Shown: positions 26,332-34,975, counted from the first letter of the stretch. The stretch is DNA of 38,355 bases from a virus (IMGVR_UViG_3300037350_000023:1-38355); one strand, 5' to 3'. Notes: a model not told the origin generated them from the sequence alone. Program-made: numbers and translations.

Positions 26332-28608
26332 CACATATGCCTCTCCTGGCGCATTTGACCATTTTTGCACCTTCAGACCAGTTTTCTTAGTGTTTGAGTT
26401 CTGTTTTTCTATGACCAGAATTTCCTGTGAAACGAGGCTGTCGACGATGTCCTTGGCATCGTCCCGGCGAAGGCTGAAGGCAGAAATGATATACTTGCCG
26501 AGCCACAGGCCGCCGGACATATGGCTATGGGAAAATGGGTTGCCGGCCAGCCATCTGGCGTTGACCTCATTAAGCAAAGAGCGCAGCTGGCCGGCGTTTA
26601 ATGACCGTCTGTCCGCCGACACCACTTGAGAACTAATTCCTGATGGAATAAGCAAGCCAGAGTCCTGTCGGACATATGTTGTCGGTTCCTTATTGGCCTT
26701 GTCATTGGCCTTAACCACGGCGCCATCGATGACAACTCCGTTTTCGTATTCGATACCAGTCTCACGACAGAGCGCCCGGGCCCGGCCCTCCTCGACCTTC
26801 CAAAGGGCATAGGACAGGCGCGCACCATCAACCAAGGCAGAGCTGCCACGGATCGCCGCGCGGGCTTCGTCAGCAGTCTTCACGGGGGCGCCGTCATCCT
26901 TTTTCATATGGTGGCAGACCATAACGGTGGCGCCTGTCATGGCGCAGATCTCGGCGAAGGCGGACCACATGAACTGGCCGGCGGCCGGATCGGAATTGAC
27001 GTCTGCCATGACGAAGGCTTGTAAGGGATCGATTACAACCAAGCGTAAATCGCCAATCTGGCAAAGCTGGTTTTTCAGCTGATCAAAGAATTCTGTCTTG
27101 CCGAACGTCTTCCCGTTATTCCCGATCAGGGGTCTGGGCCCCCCTGCATTTGGCATCGGCACGACAATTAACTTATCAGGATGTACGAGGCGATGACTGT
27201 CAGGATCGATGGCATTAAACCGACGATGGATCGATTCCTGACTATCTTCGGCGGAAAGAACAACCGCCGTCCCATAGCTCATGATGTCGCCGCCGAGGCA
27301 ATGCTTGGGCTTTAACGATGTGACGCCAGAGGCAATGGAAAGCGCCATATCCAAGGAAAGGAAGCTTTTGCCGACACCGCCCATGGCCGCCAGAAGCATC
27401 GGAATGCCAAGCGGTACGGTTCCCTCGCAGAGCCATTTAATGGCTGGCGCTTGCCCCGTGTACCGATTTGCCGTCCAGTCGAAAAGATTGAATACATCCG
27501 ACTGAGATGATTCACTTTTTTCACTTACGGACGCATTTTCAGTCCTTTTTTTTTGCTTCTTCGCATAAGCTGCAACAGCAGATTGCAACGTCATTCGGCT
27601 GCCGTCTCGGTTCTTAATCTGCTCCTTCTCGGCACGCTGGACCGTATATCGGCATTTCCCGAAGAATTCCCGGTCACCACGCCCCGGCCGGCTGAAATCG
27701 ACATTCTTGCTATATTGCGGCCAAGCGATGTCGAACAGTTCTTGTGCTGTCGGCCATGCGCCGTTCTGCCCGGCGAATTCCACCAGGCAGGCTAGGACGG
27801 TATCGCGCATATAGGTTTCGCGGCCGTCTTCGACGCGGCCGGCGTCTAACCCAAGGGAGTTCTTGTGGCGCTCGATTTCCTCAGGATGACGGAAACCGTC
27901 GGCTGGCGACTTGCGTTCTTGCGGCGGAAAGGCTTGCAGGATCTGGCCGACGGGGTATGATGGTGGCATGCCGTCCTGACCCATGACGAGGATTGTTTGC
28001 TCGTCAACACGTTCGGGCTTATCAAGCTTCCGCCAGGAAACGGAGCCAGCTAGCCTCATAAGACCGTCGGCATGGGTAACCTTGTAATCCCCGTATAAGG
28101 CTGCCTGAAGGCCGATCAGAGCCCCGTCTATCTCGTCCTTGTCATAAAGCGCCTCGTCTATCCGCCAGAAGGCCTGGCAGCGCCTGGAAGGCACAGTACC
28201 GGTAATGATACCGGCCGTTGGCTTCACGAACTGGTATTTCTTCTGCGCTTCCTCGAAGTCAACGACGTCATCCCATTCGCACCAGAGAACGACGGTTCCC
28301 ATGACCTGATCCTTGGACGCGCGCTTATTGCGGTCAGCATCAGGGTGGCGAAGGGCCGGGGCCACATAAACGTTGTACCTTTGAGCATTCATGGCGCTTG
28401 CGAAATCAACGGCATCCTCGATTTCATCCGTGCCAAAAAGTTTGCTACGCCAACGCTCTATAGGCTTATCCCCCTGATTTTCCACATGTGAGATTTCAAT
28501 GAGACCGTCATGCAATCCGTCGAGATAACCACCAAAAAGGTGGTTAAGGAATTGCCGCATGGCATCACGGCTCGGCGTTAATGATGAGCTGCCCCCAGCG
28601 TCGATCAT
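26329..28608 (-). CDS. primase-helicase fusion (RepB-like primase plus AAA_25/RepA-type helicase)
   Basis: NVYV, MRLAGS primase motifs; Walker A AMGGVGKS, Walker B LVVIDP, HHMKK, RGSSALVDGAR. Confidence 0.88.
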   Translation of the reverse strand: MIDAGGSSSLTPSRDAMRQFLNHLFGGYLDGLHDGLIEISHVENQGDKPIERWRSKLFGTDEIEDAVDFASAMNAQRYNVYVAPALRHPDADRNKRASKDQVMGTVVLWCEWDDVVDFEEAQKKYQFVKPTAGIITGTVPSRRCQAFWRIDEALYDKDEIDGALIGLQAALYGDYKVTHADGLMRLAGSVSWRKLDKPERVDEQTILVMGQDGMPPSYPVGQILQAFPPQERKSPADGFRHPEEIERHKNSLGLDAGRVEDGRETYMRDTVLACLVEFAGQNGAWPTAQELFDIAWPQYSKNVDFSRPGRGDREFFGKCRYTVQRAEKEQIKNRDGSRMTLQSAVAAYAKKQKKRTENASVSEKSESSQSDVFNLFDWTANRYTGQAPAIKWLCEGTVPLGIPMLLAAMGGVGKSFLSLDMALSIASGVTSLKPKHCLGGDIMSYGTAVVLSAEDSQESIHRRFNAIDPDSHRLVHPDKLIVVPMPNAGGPRPLIGNNGKTFGKTEFFDQLKNQLCQIGDLRLVVIDPLQAFVMADVNSDPAAGQFMWSAFAEICAMTGATVMVCHHMKKDDGAPVKTADEARAAIRGSSALVDGARLSYALWKVEEGRARALCRETGIEYENGVVIDGAVVKANDKANKEPTTYVRQDSGLLIPSGISSQVVSADRRSLNAGQLRSLLNEVNARWLAGNPFSHSHMSGGLWLGKYIISAFSLRRDDAKDIVDSLVSQEILVIEKQNSNTKKTGLKVQKWSNAPGEAYV

Positions 28609-29189
28609 CACTTTGGCGCCTTCCATTGGGTGATATTGCCGGCTTTGGCCCACAGATCAGCAATCAAGCTGGCGTCAAAACCGCCTCTGCCATATCTGCC
28701 ACCGTCGTGAAGCCCGCTGATGCGATCATGGAAGCTATTATTTTTATGGCAAAACCCAAGCGTCGCCGCGTACTCCCACCGTCCCCATGGGGCTAAATCG
28801 AATTCACCATCATAAAGCCATCCAATGCATGGAGAATCGTAAGCATGACCAATGACGGGTGTAAAACCACAGATAAGCGCTTCATAAGATGGGTTTTCGC
28901 CCAACGTATTGGCGATTTCAGCCCCAATATCTGCCGGGAATTTGTCTACCGGCTTGACCTCAACCAAAACGGATTTGAGTTCTGATTTAATAATCGGCGC
29001 GCCTTCACTGGTATAACCGGTGACATCTTGTGAGCATCCGATTAGGGCAAAATCGGGAATCCAGCCGTCCAGATCGAACGGTTCGTACTCCCACGGCCAC
29101 TTAAGCAAATCGAACATGGCTGCCCACTTCGCCTCAAGCCGCGAACGGAACTGCACGCCATTATAAAAAGTCGGAATACCTTTTGGCAT
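28608..29189 (-). CDS. PD-(D/E)XK-like nuclease
   Basis: FRSRLEAKWA..FD....WEYEP...PDF...VEVKP. Confidence 0.75.
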   Translation of the reverse strand: MPKGIPTFYNGVQFRSRLEAKWAAMFDLLKWPWEYEPFDLDGWIPDFALIGCSQDVTGYTSEGAPIIKSELKSVLVEVKPVDKFPADIGAEIANTLGENPSYEALICGFTPVIGHAYDSPCIGWLYDGEFDLAPWGRWEYAATLGFCHKNNSFHDRISGLHDGGRYGRGGFDASLIADLWAKAGNITQWKAPK

Positions 29190-29300
29190 CTTAACCTCTT
29201 CACAACGCCCCGATCAGGGGCAGGGTGATAGCCAGAGGTACGCGGTGTGAAGTCCGGCAACCTCTGGCTATCGAAACCATCCGTGATCAGCGGACAGCGG
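29190..29300 (-). promoter_or_regulatory. structured leader RNA of the replication operon
   Basis: Three hairpins including a 13-bp perfect stem (29227..29239/29260..29272); loop complementary to the RBS region. Confidence 0.6.
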
Positions 29301-29350
29301 CAAAAAATATCATATCACAGAAAATTCACTGAGCGATAAGGGAACCTTTT

Positions 29351-29359
29351 TTATCCACA
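29351..29359 (+). promoter_or_regulatory. DnaA box (perfect TTATCCACA)
   Basis: Exact consensus in intergenic DNA. Confidence 0.5.
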
Positions 29360-29471
29360 AGATTTCGCGTTGTTCCGCATTTGTCTATGGCGAACACACA
29401 GCATTTTGAAACGACAAAGTTTCAGAAACGCACACGCGATTTCACACTCACACAAACGTGCTGTGTTAAAA

Positions 29472-29487
29472 TGTTTCACGTGGAACG
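29472..29487. promoter_or_regulatory. parS-like site TGTTTCACGTGGAACG
   Basis: 14/16 match to the TGTTTCACGTGAAACA palindrome; intergenic. Confidence 0.65.
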
Positions 29488-29488
29488 C

Positions 29489-29527
29489 AAAGAAAGACCC
29501 CGCTGCCAGGGAGTTAAAGCAGCGGGG
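29489..29527 (-). terminator. intrinsic terminator after SSB-like gene
   Basis: CCCCGCTGC/GCAGCGGGG 9-bp stem followed by TCTTTCTTT on the - strand. Confidence 0.7.
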
Positions 29528-29560
29528 CTTAGTTACCGGCCCGGGGAGGGCAGGATCAGG

Positions 29561-30214
29561 TTAGAAGAGAGGGCCGCCAGAGGCCGCTGGCTGCACGACA
29601 GGCTGTGTGGCCGCCTGGGGTGCAGGAGCCGGCTGCGAGGCTGTAATGGGCGTCACGGTAGCGCCCAAGGCCTGCGGGCGATCCACCCACTGAAGGATGG
29701 TGAAGACCGGCGCATAGTTGGTGCTGGTAACTGGCTTGCCGTCCTTATCCTTGCCGCTGGTCTTGACGGGCGTCACGTTGACCATCTGAATGACAGGCAG
29801 CTTGCCCTGCTTCGATTCCGCGGCTGCAAGGTACGAGGCGTAAAGCTCGTCAATAGCGGCGAGCACGCACTTCGCATTCGTTGACCACACACGGATGCCA
29901 TCCAGGTTCTTCTCGGAATAGAGCGTCACCTTGAAGCCCTGCTTGTGGTCCTTGCTCGGCTGGTCCGGCTGCTTCTGGCCAACCGCTGACATGGCATAAG
30001 ATGGGCCCTGCGCACCGAAATGCACCCAGCCGACCTCGATGTTCGCGAGGTCGATCACGAAGACAGCATTCTGGGTGAAGTCGGTAACGTTGTTCTCCCA
30101 GCCCGATGCTCCCTGGAAGCGGTCAACCTTTGACCAGCGGCCGGCGCGGGAGTCATACTTACAGTGAGGCACAATATCGCCAGCGTTCGTTGTCTGAAAA
30201 CCTAAAACACTCAT
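29561..30214 (-). CDS. putative single-stranded DNA-binding protein
   Basis: GWVHF and NYAPVF.I..WVDRP motifs; P/A/Q tail ending in Phe; replication context. Confidence 0.6.
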   Translation of the reverse strand: MSVLGFQTTNAGDIVPHCKYDSRAGRWSKVDRFQGASGWENNVTDFTQNAVFVIDLANIEVGWVHFGAQGPSYAMSAVGQKQPDQPSKDHKQGFKVTLYSEKNLDGIRVWSTNAKCVLAAIDELYASYLAAAESKQGKLPVIQMVNVTPVKTSGKDKDGKPVTSTNYAPVFTILQWVDRPQALGATVTPITASQPAPAPQAATQPVVQPAASGGPLF

Positions 30215-30226
30215 GGCTTAACCTTT

Positions 30227-30577
30227 CTACATTTCATCGTTTGACATGCTGACTTGGAATTCATTCTCGACCGGCGTCAGCGTTACCAGATCGAAATAGA
30301 CAGCGCGACTGATGGGCCGCGCACAAACTGAGGGCCAGATCTCGTAAGGATCTGCGTCCTTGTGATCAATGATCGCTTGCCAAGCATGCGACCTGTCGAG
30401 ATCCTCACGAGTCACCGGATCGATCGGTTGACCACGCCATATTCTAACAGGTTTCCACCCGTGACGGGTTTTCATTTCGTAGAAACCCTCGATAAGATCG
30501 GCGACACCATGCACCGGCAAGCCGGCCTTCTTCAAGGCGTACATGCTACCGCGCGTGTCTGGTGCGAAGATGCTCAT
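30227..30577 (-). CDS. hypothetical protein
   Basis: PVRIW..P.DPVT.E.LDRS..WQA motif; ATGA coupling. Confidence 0.7.
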   Translation of the reverse strand: MSIFAPDTRGSMYALKKAGLPVHGVADLIEGFYEMKTRHGWKPVRIWRGQPIDPVTREDLDRSHAWQAIIDHKDADPYEIWPSVCARPISRAVYFDLVTLTPVENEFQVSMSNDEM

Positions 30578-30789
30578 TTGTCCATCTCTACATTATCGAT
30601 GGCATCGAAATAAGATAGAGATTCGTCGAGGTCTGCTAAAAGATTAAAGCTATCATTAGACAATTTTCGTGAGGCTTTTTTCAAAGATTCAACTTTTACA
30701 TAAAACTTTAGAAGGTAGTTTTTTGCGTCTTCTCGCATGGCCGCCTCAGTACAATTGCTTAAGATATCAACAGCATTTTTATAGTTCAT
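30574..30789 (-). CDS. hypothetical protein (AT-rich)
   Basis: AGGAG RBS, start MNYKN. Confidence 0.55.
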   Translation of the reverse strand: MNYKNAVDILSNCTEAAMREDAKNYLLKFYVKVESLKKASRKLSNDSFNLLADLDESLSYFDAIDNVEMDK

Positions 30790-30823
30790 TCTTTCTCTCC
30801 TACCATCGCCAGCAACATCTCCA

Positions 30824-31030
30824 TTATCCGAAGATCGCCTTCTTAATTTCAGCGCGCGCAGCTTCTTTGCCATTGCGGAATGCACGGGCAAGCTCACGCG
30901 ACATTGCATCCTTGAACTGTTGCGCGAAGTCAGGATCTTCCCAATAACAAACTGCACCATTAATGGTGAATGATTTTTCGTAAATCCTGAATTCAATTTC
31001 ACCGATAGTAAATTCTTGCTGTGCGCTCAT
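30824..31030 (-). CDS. hypothetical protein
   Basis: AGGAG RBS, ATGA coupling. Confidence 0.6.
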   Translation of the reverse strand: MSAQQEFTIGEIEFRIYEKSFTINGAVCYWEDPDFAQQFKDAMSRELARAFRNGKEAARAEIKKAIFG

Positions 31031-31452
31031 TCTTTCTCTCCTAACATTTGCAGCAACATCTTCTTCTGCGTATACTTCGCCCGTGCTTTGGCGCGCGCTT
31101 TGTCCTCGATCTTCTTCCATGCGCCCGTGAGACGAAGCGAGTTGCCCGGATAGTTGTCCCTGAACAACTTTTCTTTCAGCTTGAAGTCTGTCGTTTTAAC
31201 ACCTTTCCAATCCTCGCTGATATGCACCTGGCCTTCGAAGTAGTCGTAATCGACCACAAGCGTGCAGATCTTCATTCCACCCAATCCAAATAGATCATAC
31301 GGCACCTGACGCCGCAGGTTACGGATTAAGCCAGCCTGTTCCATCGTCTGCAACTCGAACCAGCGACGCATCTCGCCGGCACTATCAAACTTCGTTCCAT
31401 CGCCGCTGACGGACTTGCGATTGCCGAATTTGCTCTTATGCCGAAATGTCAC
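31027..31452 (-). CDS. DUF1064-family nuclease
   Basis: SKFGNRK..DG.KFDS..E..R..EL..ME.AG.I..L.RQ..Y...EDWKG. Confidence 0.85.
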   Translation of the reverse strand: MTFRHKSKFGNRKSVSGDGTKFDSAGEMRRWFELQTMEQAGLIRNLRRQVPYDLFGLGGMKICTLVVDYDYFEGQVHISEDWKGVKTTDFKLKEKLFRDNYPGNSLRLTGAWKKIEDKARAKARAKYTQKKMLLQMLGEKE

Positions 31453-31781
31453 CTGCGTTCCCCCAAACTACTCCAGCTTCCATGATACTCGCTACGATAG
31501 GTCTTCAACGGCGCAGGCTTGGCAGCTATGGCGCTGTCCGTGAACTGCGCACCGATCCATGCCGCCGCTGCTTCATCGGTCTCCACGAGCTTTGGTGACG
31601 GTTCATGCTGCGGTGGCCGACCGATAGACTGCAGACGGTAGTCGATGAGGCCTTTCTCAGCCGCACGCTTACGGGCATCGCGGAAGATCGGCCGGCTGAT
31701 GCCGAGCTTGCGGCATATGTCGGATGGGGTCAGATGGTTGTTGATGAGTTCGGCGACTTGCTCATAGCGCTTTTGGCTCAT
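31449..31781 (-). CDS. HTH-containing protein
   Basis: TPSDICRKLGISR. Confidence 0.6.
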   Translation of the reverse strand: MSQKRYEQVAELINNHLTPSDICRKLGISRPIFRDARKRAAEKGLIDYRLQSIGRPPQHEPSPKLVETDEAAAAWIGAQFTDSAIAAKPAPLKTYRSEYHGSWSSLGERR

Positions 31782-32047
31782 GGCCGTTTCCATGGGTTAT
31801 AGGCCGCACGAACTTCTTTGATGATACCATTGATGTATTTGTTTAATTCAGCCGTGTCATTAAATTGAATAAATTTACGACGATCTTTACCCCTCATGTC
31901 GCACCCCATTTCTTTAGCAACGTTGGTTACTGAGTTTAAAGAACAATTGATGACTTTCGAGATCCCTTCTCGCGCGATCCCTCCATCATAAAGTGCCTTG
32001 ATTAATTGACGTTGATATTCTGTTAGCTTTTCCCCTCTATATCCCAT
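31778..32047 (-). CDS. HTH-like protein (AT-rich)
   Basis: IKALYDGG....GISKVINCS..SV. Confidence 0.6.
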   Translation of the reverse strand: MGYRGEKLTEYQRQLIKALYDGGIAREGISKVINCSLNSVTNVAKEMGCDMRGKDRRKFIQFNDTAELNKYINGIIKEVRAAYNPWKRP

Positions 32048-32050
32048 CCC

Positions 32051-32275
32051 TCACCCCCGCATATCCAACGGAATCACCCACGCCATCTCCGAGGCGAACT
32101 CGATTGCATGGCGTTTCAGGCGTTCGTTGCCGTGCTTGATGAAATAGCAGATCTGCTTGTAGCCGTTCTTCTTCGCCCAGTCTAACTGCACCTGACGACA
32201 CAGACGCGGGCAGCGCTCGGCTGTCGTTGCAATGAAGTATGGTAGAAGATCGGTGCTGAGGTTGGTGTCTGACAT
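32051..32275 (-). CDS. hypothetical protein
   Basis: GGAGG RBS, TGATG coupling. Confidence 0.55.
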   Translation of the reverse strand: MSDTNLSTDLLPYFIATTAERCPRLCRQVQLDWAKKNGYKQICYFIKHGNERLKRHAIEFASEMAWVIPLDMRG

Positions 32276-32607
32276 CACACATCCTCCCGCTCGTACGTGT
32301 AACGCGGCGATGCGCCTTCGCCATGGTCGGTCTCGATGATCCAGGCGATGATATCTGTCCGTGATGTAATTTTCTCTTCTTTCCAATATCCTGACATATG
32401 TTTTTTATATTGCGCCTGATACCTGCGCCGTGGCTCGGGGATGTTTTCTGCGATATCAGGTGTGCGCGTGAATTTGTAAATGATGCCAGTATGACCATGA
32501 ACCAGAAATGACACAGCACCATCATGCATGACTGCACAAGGGTAGTCGCATTTCTTCAATAGCTCGTGGCTCCCAACCACCCGCATCGGTTTATCGAAAT
32601 CAATCAT
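32275..32607 (-). CDS. hypothetical protein
   Basis: MIDFDKP start, DIAENIPE motif; GGAGG RBS. Confidence 0.65.
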   Translation of the reverse strand: MIDFDKPMRVVGSHELLKKCDYPCAVMHDGAVSFLVHGHTGIIYKFTRTPDIAENIPEPRRRYQAQYKKHMSGYWKEEKITSRTDIIAWIIETDHGEGASPRYTYEREDV

Positions 32608-32786
32608 TGCCGTCGCCCTCCTGATGGTGTGGGGGCTCTGCACTCGTTCCGAAACCGAGCGCCCCATTTAATGGCCCAGACAAGAGCACATGCGGCCCAA
32701 AGATAAGACATCGCTCCATGGTCCATCTTCATCAATGCGATAGCCAACAGCATAACGATCATTGCTCTTTCGCTTTCCGCGTTCAT
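32604..32786 (-). CDS. small membrane protein
   Basis: Two hydrophobic stretches; coupled on both sides. Confidence 0.55.
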   Translation of the reverse strand: MNAESERAMIVMLLAIALMKMDHGAMSYLWAACALVWAIKWGARFRNECRAPTPSGGRRQ

Positions 32787-32959
32787 AGCTTCCTCATCTC
32801 TCGTTTCAACTGCCAATACTCCGCCTCCGCAACGACGGTCAGATCCTCGAACACCGCGAACAGTTCCGCAACGTCAGCCCTGTTCGCCCGGTCCAGCGCG
32901 TCTATGTCGCGGAGGAGTTGGGCGAGGCGGTCTATAGCGGCGGAGGTGCGGCGGTTCAT
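32783..32959 (-). CDS. 58-aa hypothetical protein (not in ORF track)
   Basis: MNRRTSAAIDRL...; ATGA overlaps on both sides. Confidence 0.55.
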   Translation of the reverse strand: MNRRTSAAIDRLAQLLRDIDALDRANRADVAELFAVFEDLTVVAEAEYWQLKREMRKL

Positions 32960-33732
32960 GCGACGGCTACCATTATTGCCCGTCCGATAAGTTCAGGGAT
33001 TTGTGGGACGACGGAGTTGCCGAGGGATCTAAGTCGGTCCAATCCTTTGGGAACCCCATAAGCCACTCTACCCACGTCGGGTTCAGTGGACCACCAATGA
33101 TAGTCGCCAATCCGGTGCCGCTCGTACTGCTCGCGCCAACTTTGTTGTAATTCCCATTTACCGTAGGGGTCGGAAGTCTCTTTAGAAAATTCTTTGGCGG
33201 CCTGCCCCCAGATCGAAGAGCAATTGCTTTCTGATTGCTGGCCTCCGGGGTAGGCAACAATCCATATCCTGTCTCTGCGGTGAGGGGCGCCAACGGCGCA
33301 AGCTGGTATGCAATGCCATCCCGCATCATACCAGAGCGAGGCCAAGTCTCCGAGAACAACGTCCAATCCTCGACCAAGGAGCGCTGCGACGTTCTCCACG
33401 ATGACGAAACTTGGTCGTAGTTCGCCAATAAGACGGGCGTACTCTTTCCATAATCCTGACCGTTCTCCACCAATCCCGGCGCCTTTGCCTGCGTGGCTAA
33501 TGTCTTGGCAGGGGAATCCTCCGCAGATGACATCAACGGCAATTCCATCTGCTGCAAGCAGTTCGGCGGTAAGCGTTCGGATGTCATCGTAACAAGGAAC
33601 CTTTGGCCAGTGTTTCGCCAGCACTTTGCGGCAGAAAGGATCAATCTCGCAGAATGCTACTGTCTGCATCCCAGCCCGTTCAAGCCCTAGGCTGAAGCCG
33701 CCAATGCCGCTGAAGAGATCAAGGACTTTCAT
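32956..33732 (-). CDS. DNA (cytosine-5) methyltransferase, alpha-type chain
   Basis: DLFSGIGG (I), GGFPCQD (IV), ENV (VI), H.R.RIW (VIII), LGNSVVP (X). Confidence 0.93.
   Translation of the reverse strand: MKVLDLFSGIGGFSLGLERAGMQTVAFCEIDPFCRKVLAKHWPKVPCYDDIRTLTAELLAADGIAVDVICGGFPCQDISHAGKGAGIGGERSGLWKEYARLIGELRPSFVIVENVAALLGRGLDVVLGDLASLWYDAGWHCIPACAVGAPHRRDRIWIVAYPGGQQSESNCSSIWGQAAKEFSKETSDPYGKWELQQSWREQYERHRIGDYHWWSTEPDVGRVAYGVPKGLDRLRSLGNSVVPQIPELIGRAIMVAVA
32973..33644 (-). CDS. overlapping-frame methyltransferase beta-type chain
   Basis: Frame open for 223 codons inside the MTase gene; LPTP repeats and LNPTWVEWLMGFP (motif IX-like); true start uncertain. Confidence 0.7.
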   Translation of the reverse strand: MILSAAKCWRNTGQRFLVTMTSERLPPNCLQQMELPLMSSAEDSPAKTLATQAKAPGLVENGQDYGKSTPVLLANYDQVSSSWRTSQRSLVEDWTLFSETWPRSGMMRDGIAYQLAPLAPLTAETGYGLLPTPEASNQKAIALRSGGRPPKNFLKRLPTPTVNGNYNKVGASSTSGTGLATIIGGPLNPTWVEWLMGFPKDWTDLDPSATPSSHKSLNLSDGQ

Positions 33733-33950
33733 CTCGGCTTCCCCGCTAGCTCCATCAACCTGATCGCCGTTACATGCTTATGACCGCGCGCCTGACAAGC
33801 CCGCCAGATCGGCATGAGATGCCAGCCAGGCAGACGGTTGCCAAGGCGCATCTTCTGCACCACGGCGGCGTTTGTGCCCCATGCCTCGGCGGCGCTATCA
33901 TCGCTACCCCAGAGGTCCACAAGGTCTTTAACGGTTTCGATCTTTGCCAT
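33729..33950 (-). CDS. Cro-like HTH regulator
   Basis: TVKDLVDLWG....AAEAWG....VV..M....RLP; first gene of the - arm at the divergent promoter. Confidence 0.65.
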   Translation of the reverse strand: MAKIETVKDLVDLWGSDDSAAEAWGTNAAVVQKMRLGNRLPGWHLMPIWRACQARGHKHVTAIRLMELAGKPR

Positions 33951-34035
33951 AGACACATTAGGCCACAGGAATTATTTTCGCACAAGATGTTTTTTCTTGT
34001 TGACGCACGAAATCTTTTCGCCATATGATCCATCA
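33951..34035. promoter_or_regulatory. divergent promoter/operator region
   Basis: + strand TTGACG(34000)-N18-TATGAT(34024); - strand TTGTGC...TAATGT just before the cro ATG; ACAAGA/TCTTGT and CGAAA/TTTCG inverted repeats. Confidence 0.65.
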
Positions 34036-34062
34036 ACAGCAACACAAACCCCGGAGCCGATT

Positions 34063-34251
34063 ATGTCTAAGTCAGTTCTCCATCTCAGCCAGATGATCCG
34101 CCGGGGCGATTGCACGATCACTACGACGCTGTGCCGCCGCGTTAACAACAGTAAAGATGATTACAACGTGGCGGATACGGCGGAACAGGTAACCTGCAAG
34201 TTCTGCCTGAAGCAGATGGCGCGGAATGACAAGTGGAAACAATGGGCCTAA
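34063..34251 (+). CDS. small Cys-containing early protein
   Basis: GGAG RBS; TLC...VTCKFC. Confidence 0.7.
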   Translation: MSKSVLHLSQMIRRGDCTITTTLCRRVNNSKDDYNVADTAEQVTCKFCLKQMARNDKWKQWA

Positions 34252-34279
34252 CCCCACCCCAACGAACCAGCGGAGATGA

Positions 34280-34630
34280 ATGATGAACGGGACACTAGCG
34301 GCGATCATGGAAGCGGAATTCCGCGAGATCGCTAAGCCGGCAGAAGGGAAAAGTCTGGAAGATCGCTTCCGAGCGGTGATGAAGCGTTGCCATAATCATT
34401 GGATGGTAACGAACGAAAATGAACAGTTCACCGGATCTGTGGCAGCCATGCTTATCAATGCTACCGATGATGAGAAGCGGCATATTGAGATGTCGCTAAA
34501 GATTATCAAGGCTCTAAGTGCAGCAATCTCCGGGGTGCCCGTAGATTTTGAAAACGTGCTTGCTGAGGTTGAAGCATCTGGACTTGAACAATTGCCGCTT
34601 CAGAAGTGGTGGCAGGAAACCGCCGCCTAA
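34280..34630 (+). CDS. hypothetical early protein
   Basis: GGAG RBS, 116 aa. Confidence 0.7.
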   Translation: MMNGTLAAIMEAEFREIAKPAEGKSLEDRFRAVMKRCHNHWMVTNENEQFTGSVAAMLINATDDEKRHIEMSLKIIKALSAAISGVPVDFENVLAEVEASGLEQLPLQKWWQETAA

Positions 34631-34651
34631 CCCACGCGTGCAATGGAGTGA

Positions 34652-34975
34652 GTGATGAGTGATTTTCAGGATTGGTGGGATGAATTGCCGGTTGAACTGC
34701 CGACTAGTGCGTATGACAAAATGCAGATGGCATGGAATGCAGCCTTAGATCGCGCCCCGCAGCAGTGGCAGGCTTGGCAGGATATCAGCACGGCGCCGAG
34801 GGATGGTAAGGCTATACTTATATGCAGCGGACGGTGGATGACAGTTGGTAGCTGGGTTCACACCCGCAACAGGTGGGTTATTAGCTCTACGTGCTATGAC
34901 GACTATCCGTCGGACGAGCAGCCAACCCACTGGCAACTCCTCCCCCAGCCACCGAAGGGCCCAGATCATGAGTAA
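34652..34975 (+). CDS. DUF551-like protein
   Basis: WQDISTAPRDG..IL...PTHWQ.LP.PP. Confidence 0.8.
   Translation: MMSDFQDWWDELPVELPTSAYDKMQMAWNAALDRAPQQWQAWQDISTAPRDGKAILICSGRWMTVGSWVHTRNRWVISSTCYDDYPSDEQPTHWQLLPQPPKGPDHE

Noticed and set aside
29381-29884. 167-aa + strand ORF across the parS region
   Set aside because: No RBS, runs through a terminator and antisense into the SSB-like gene; Arg/Gly shadow composition
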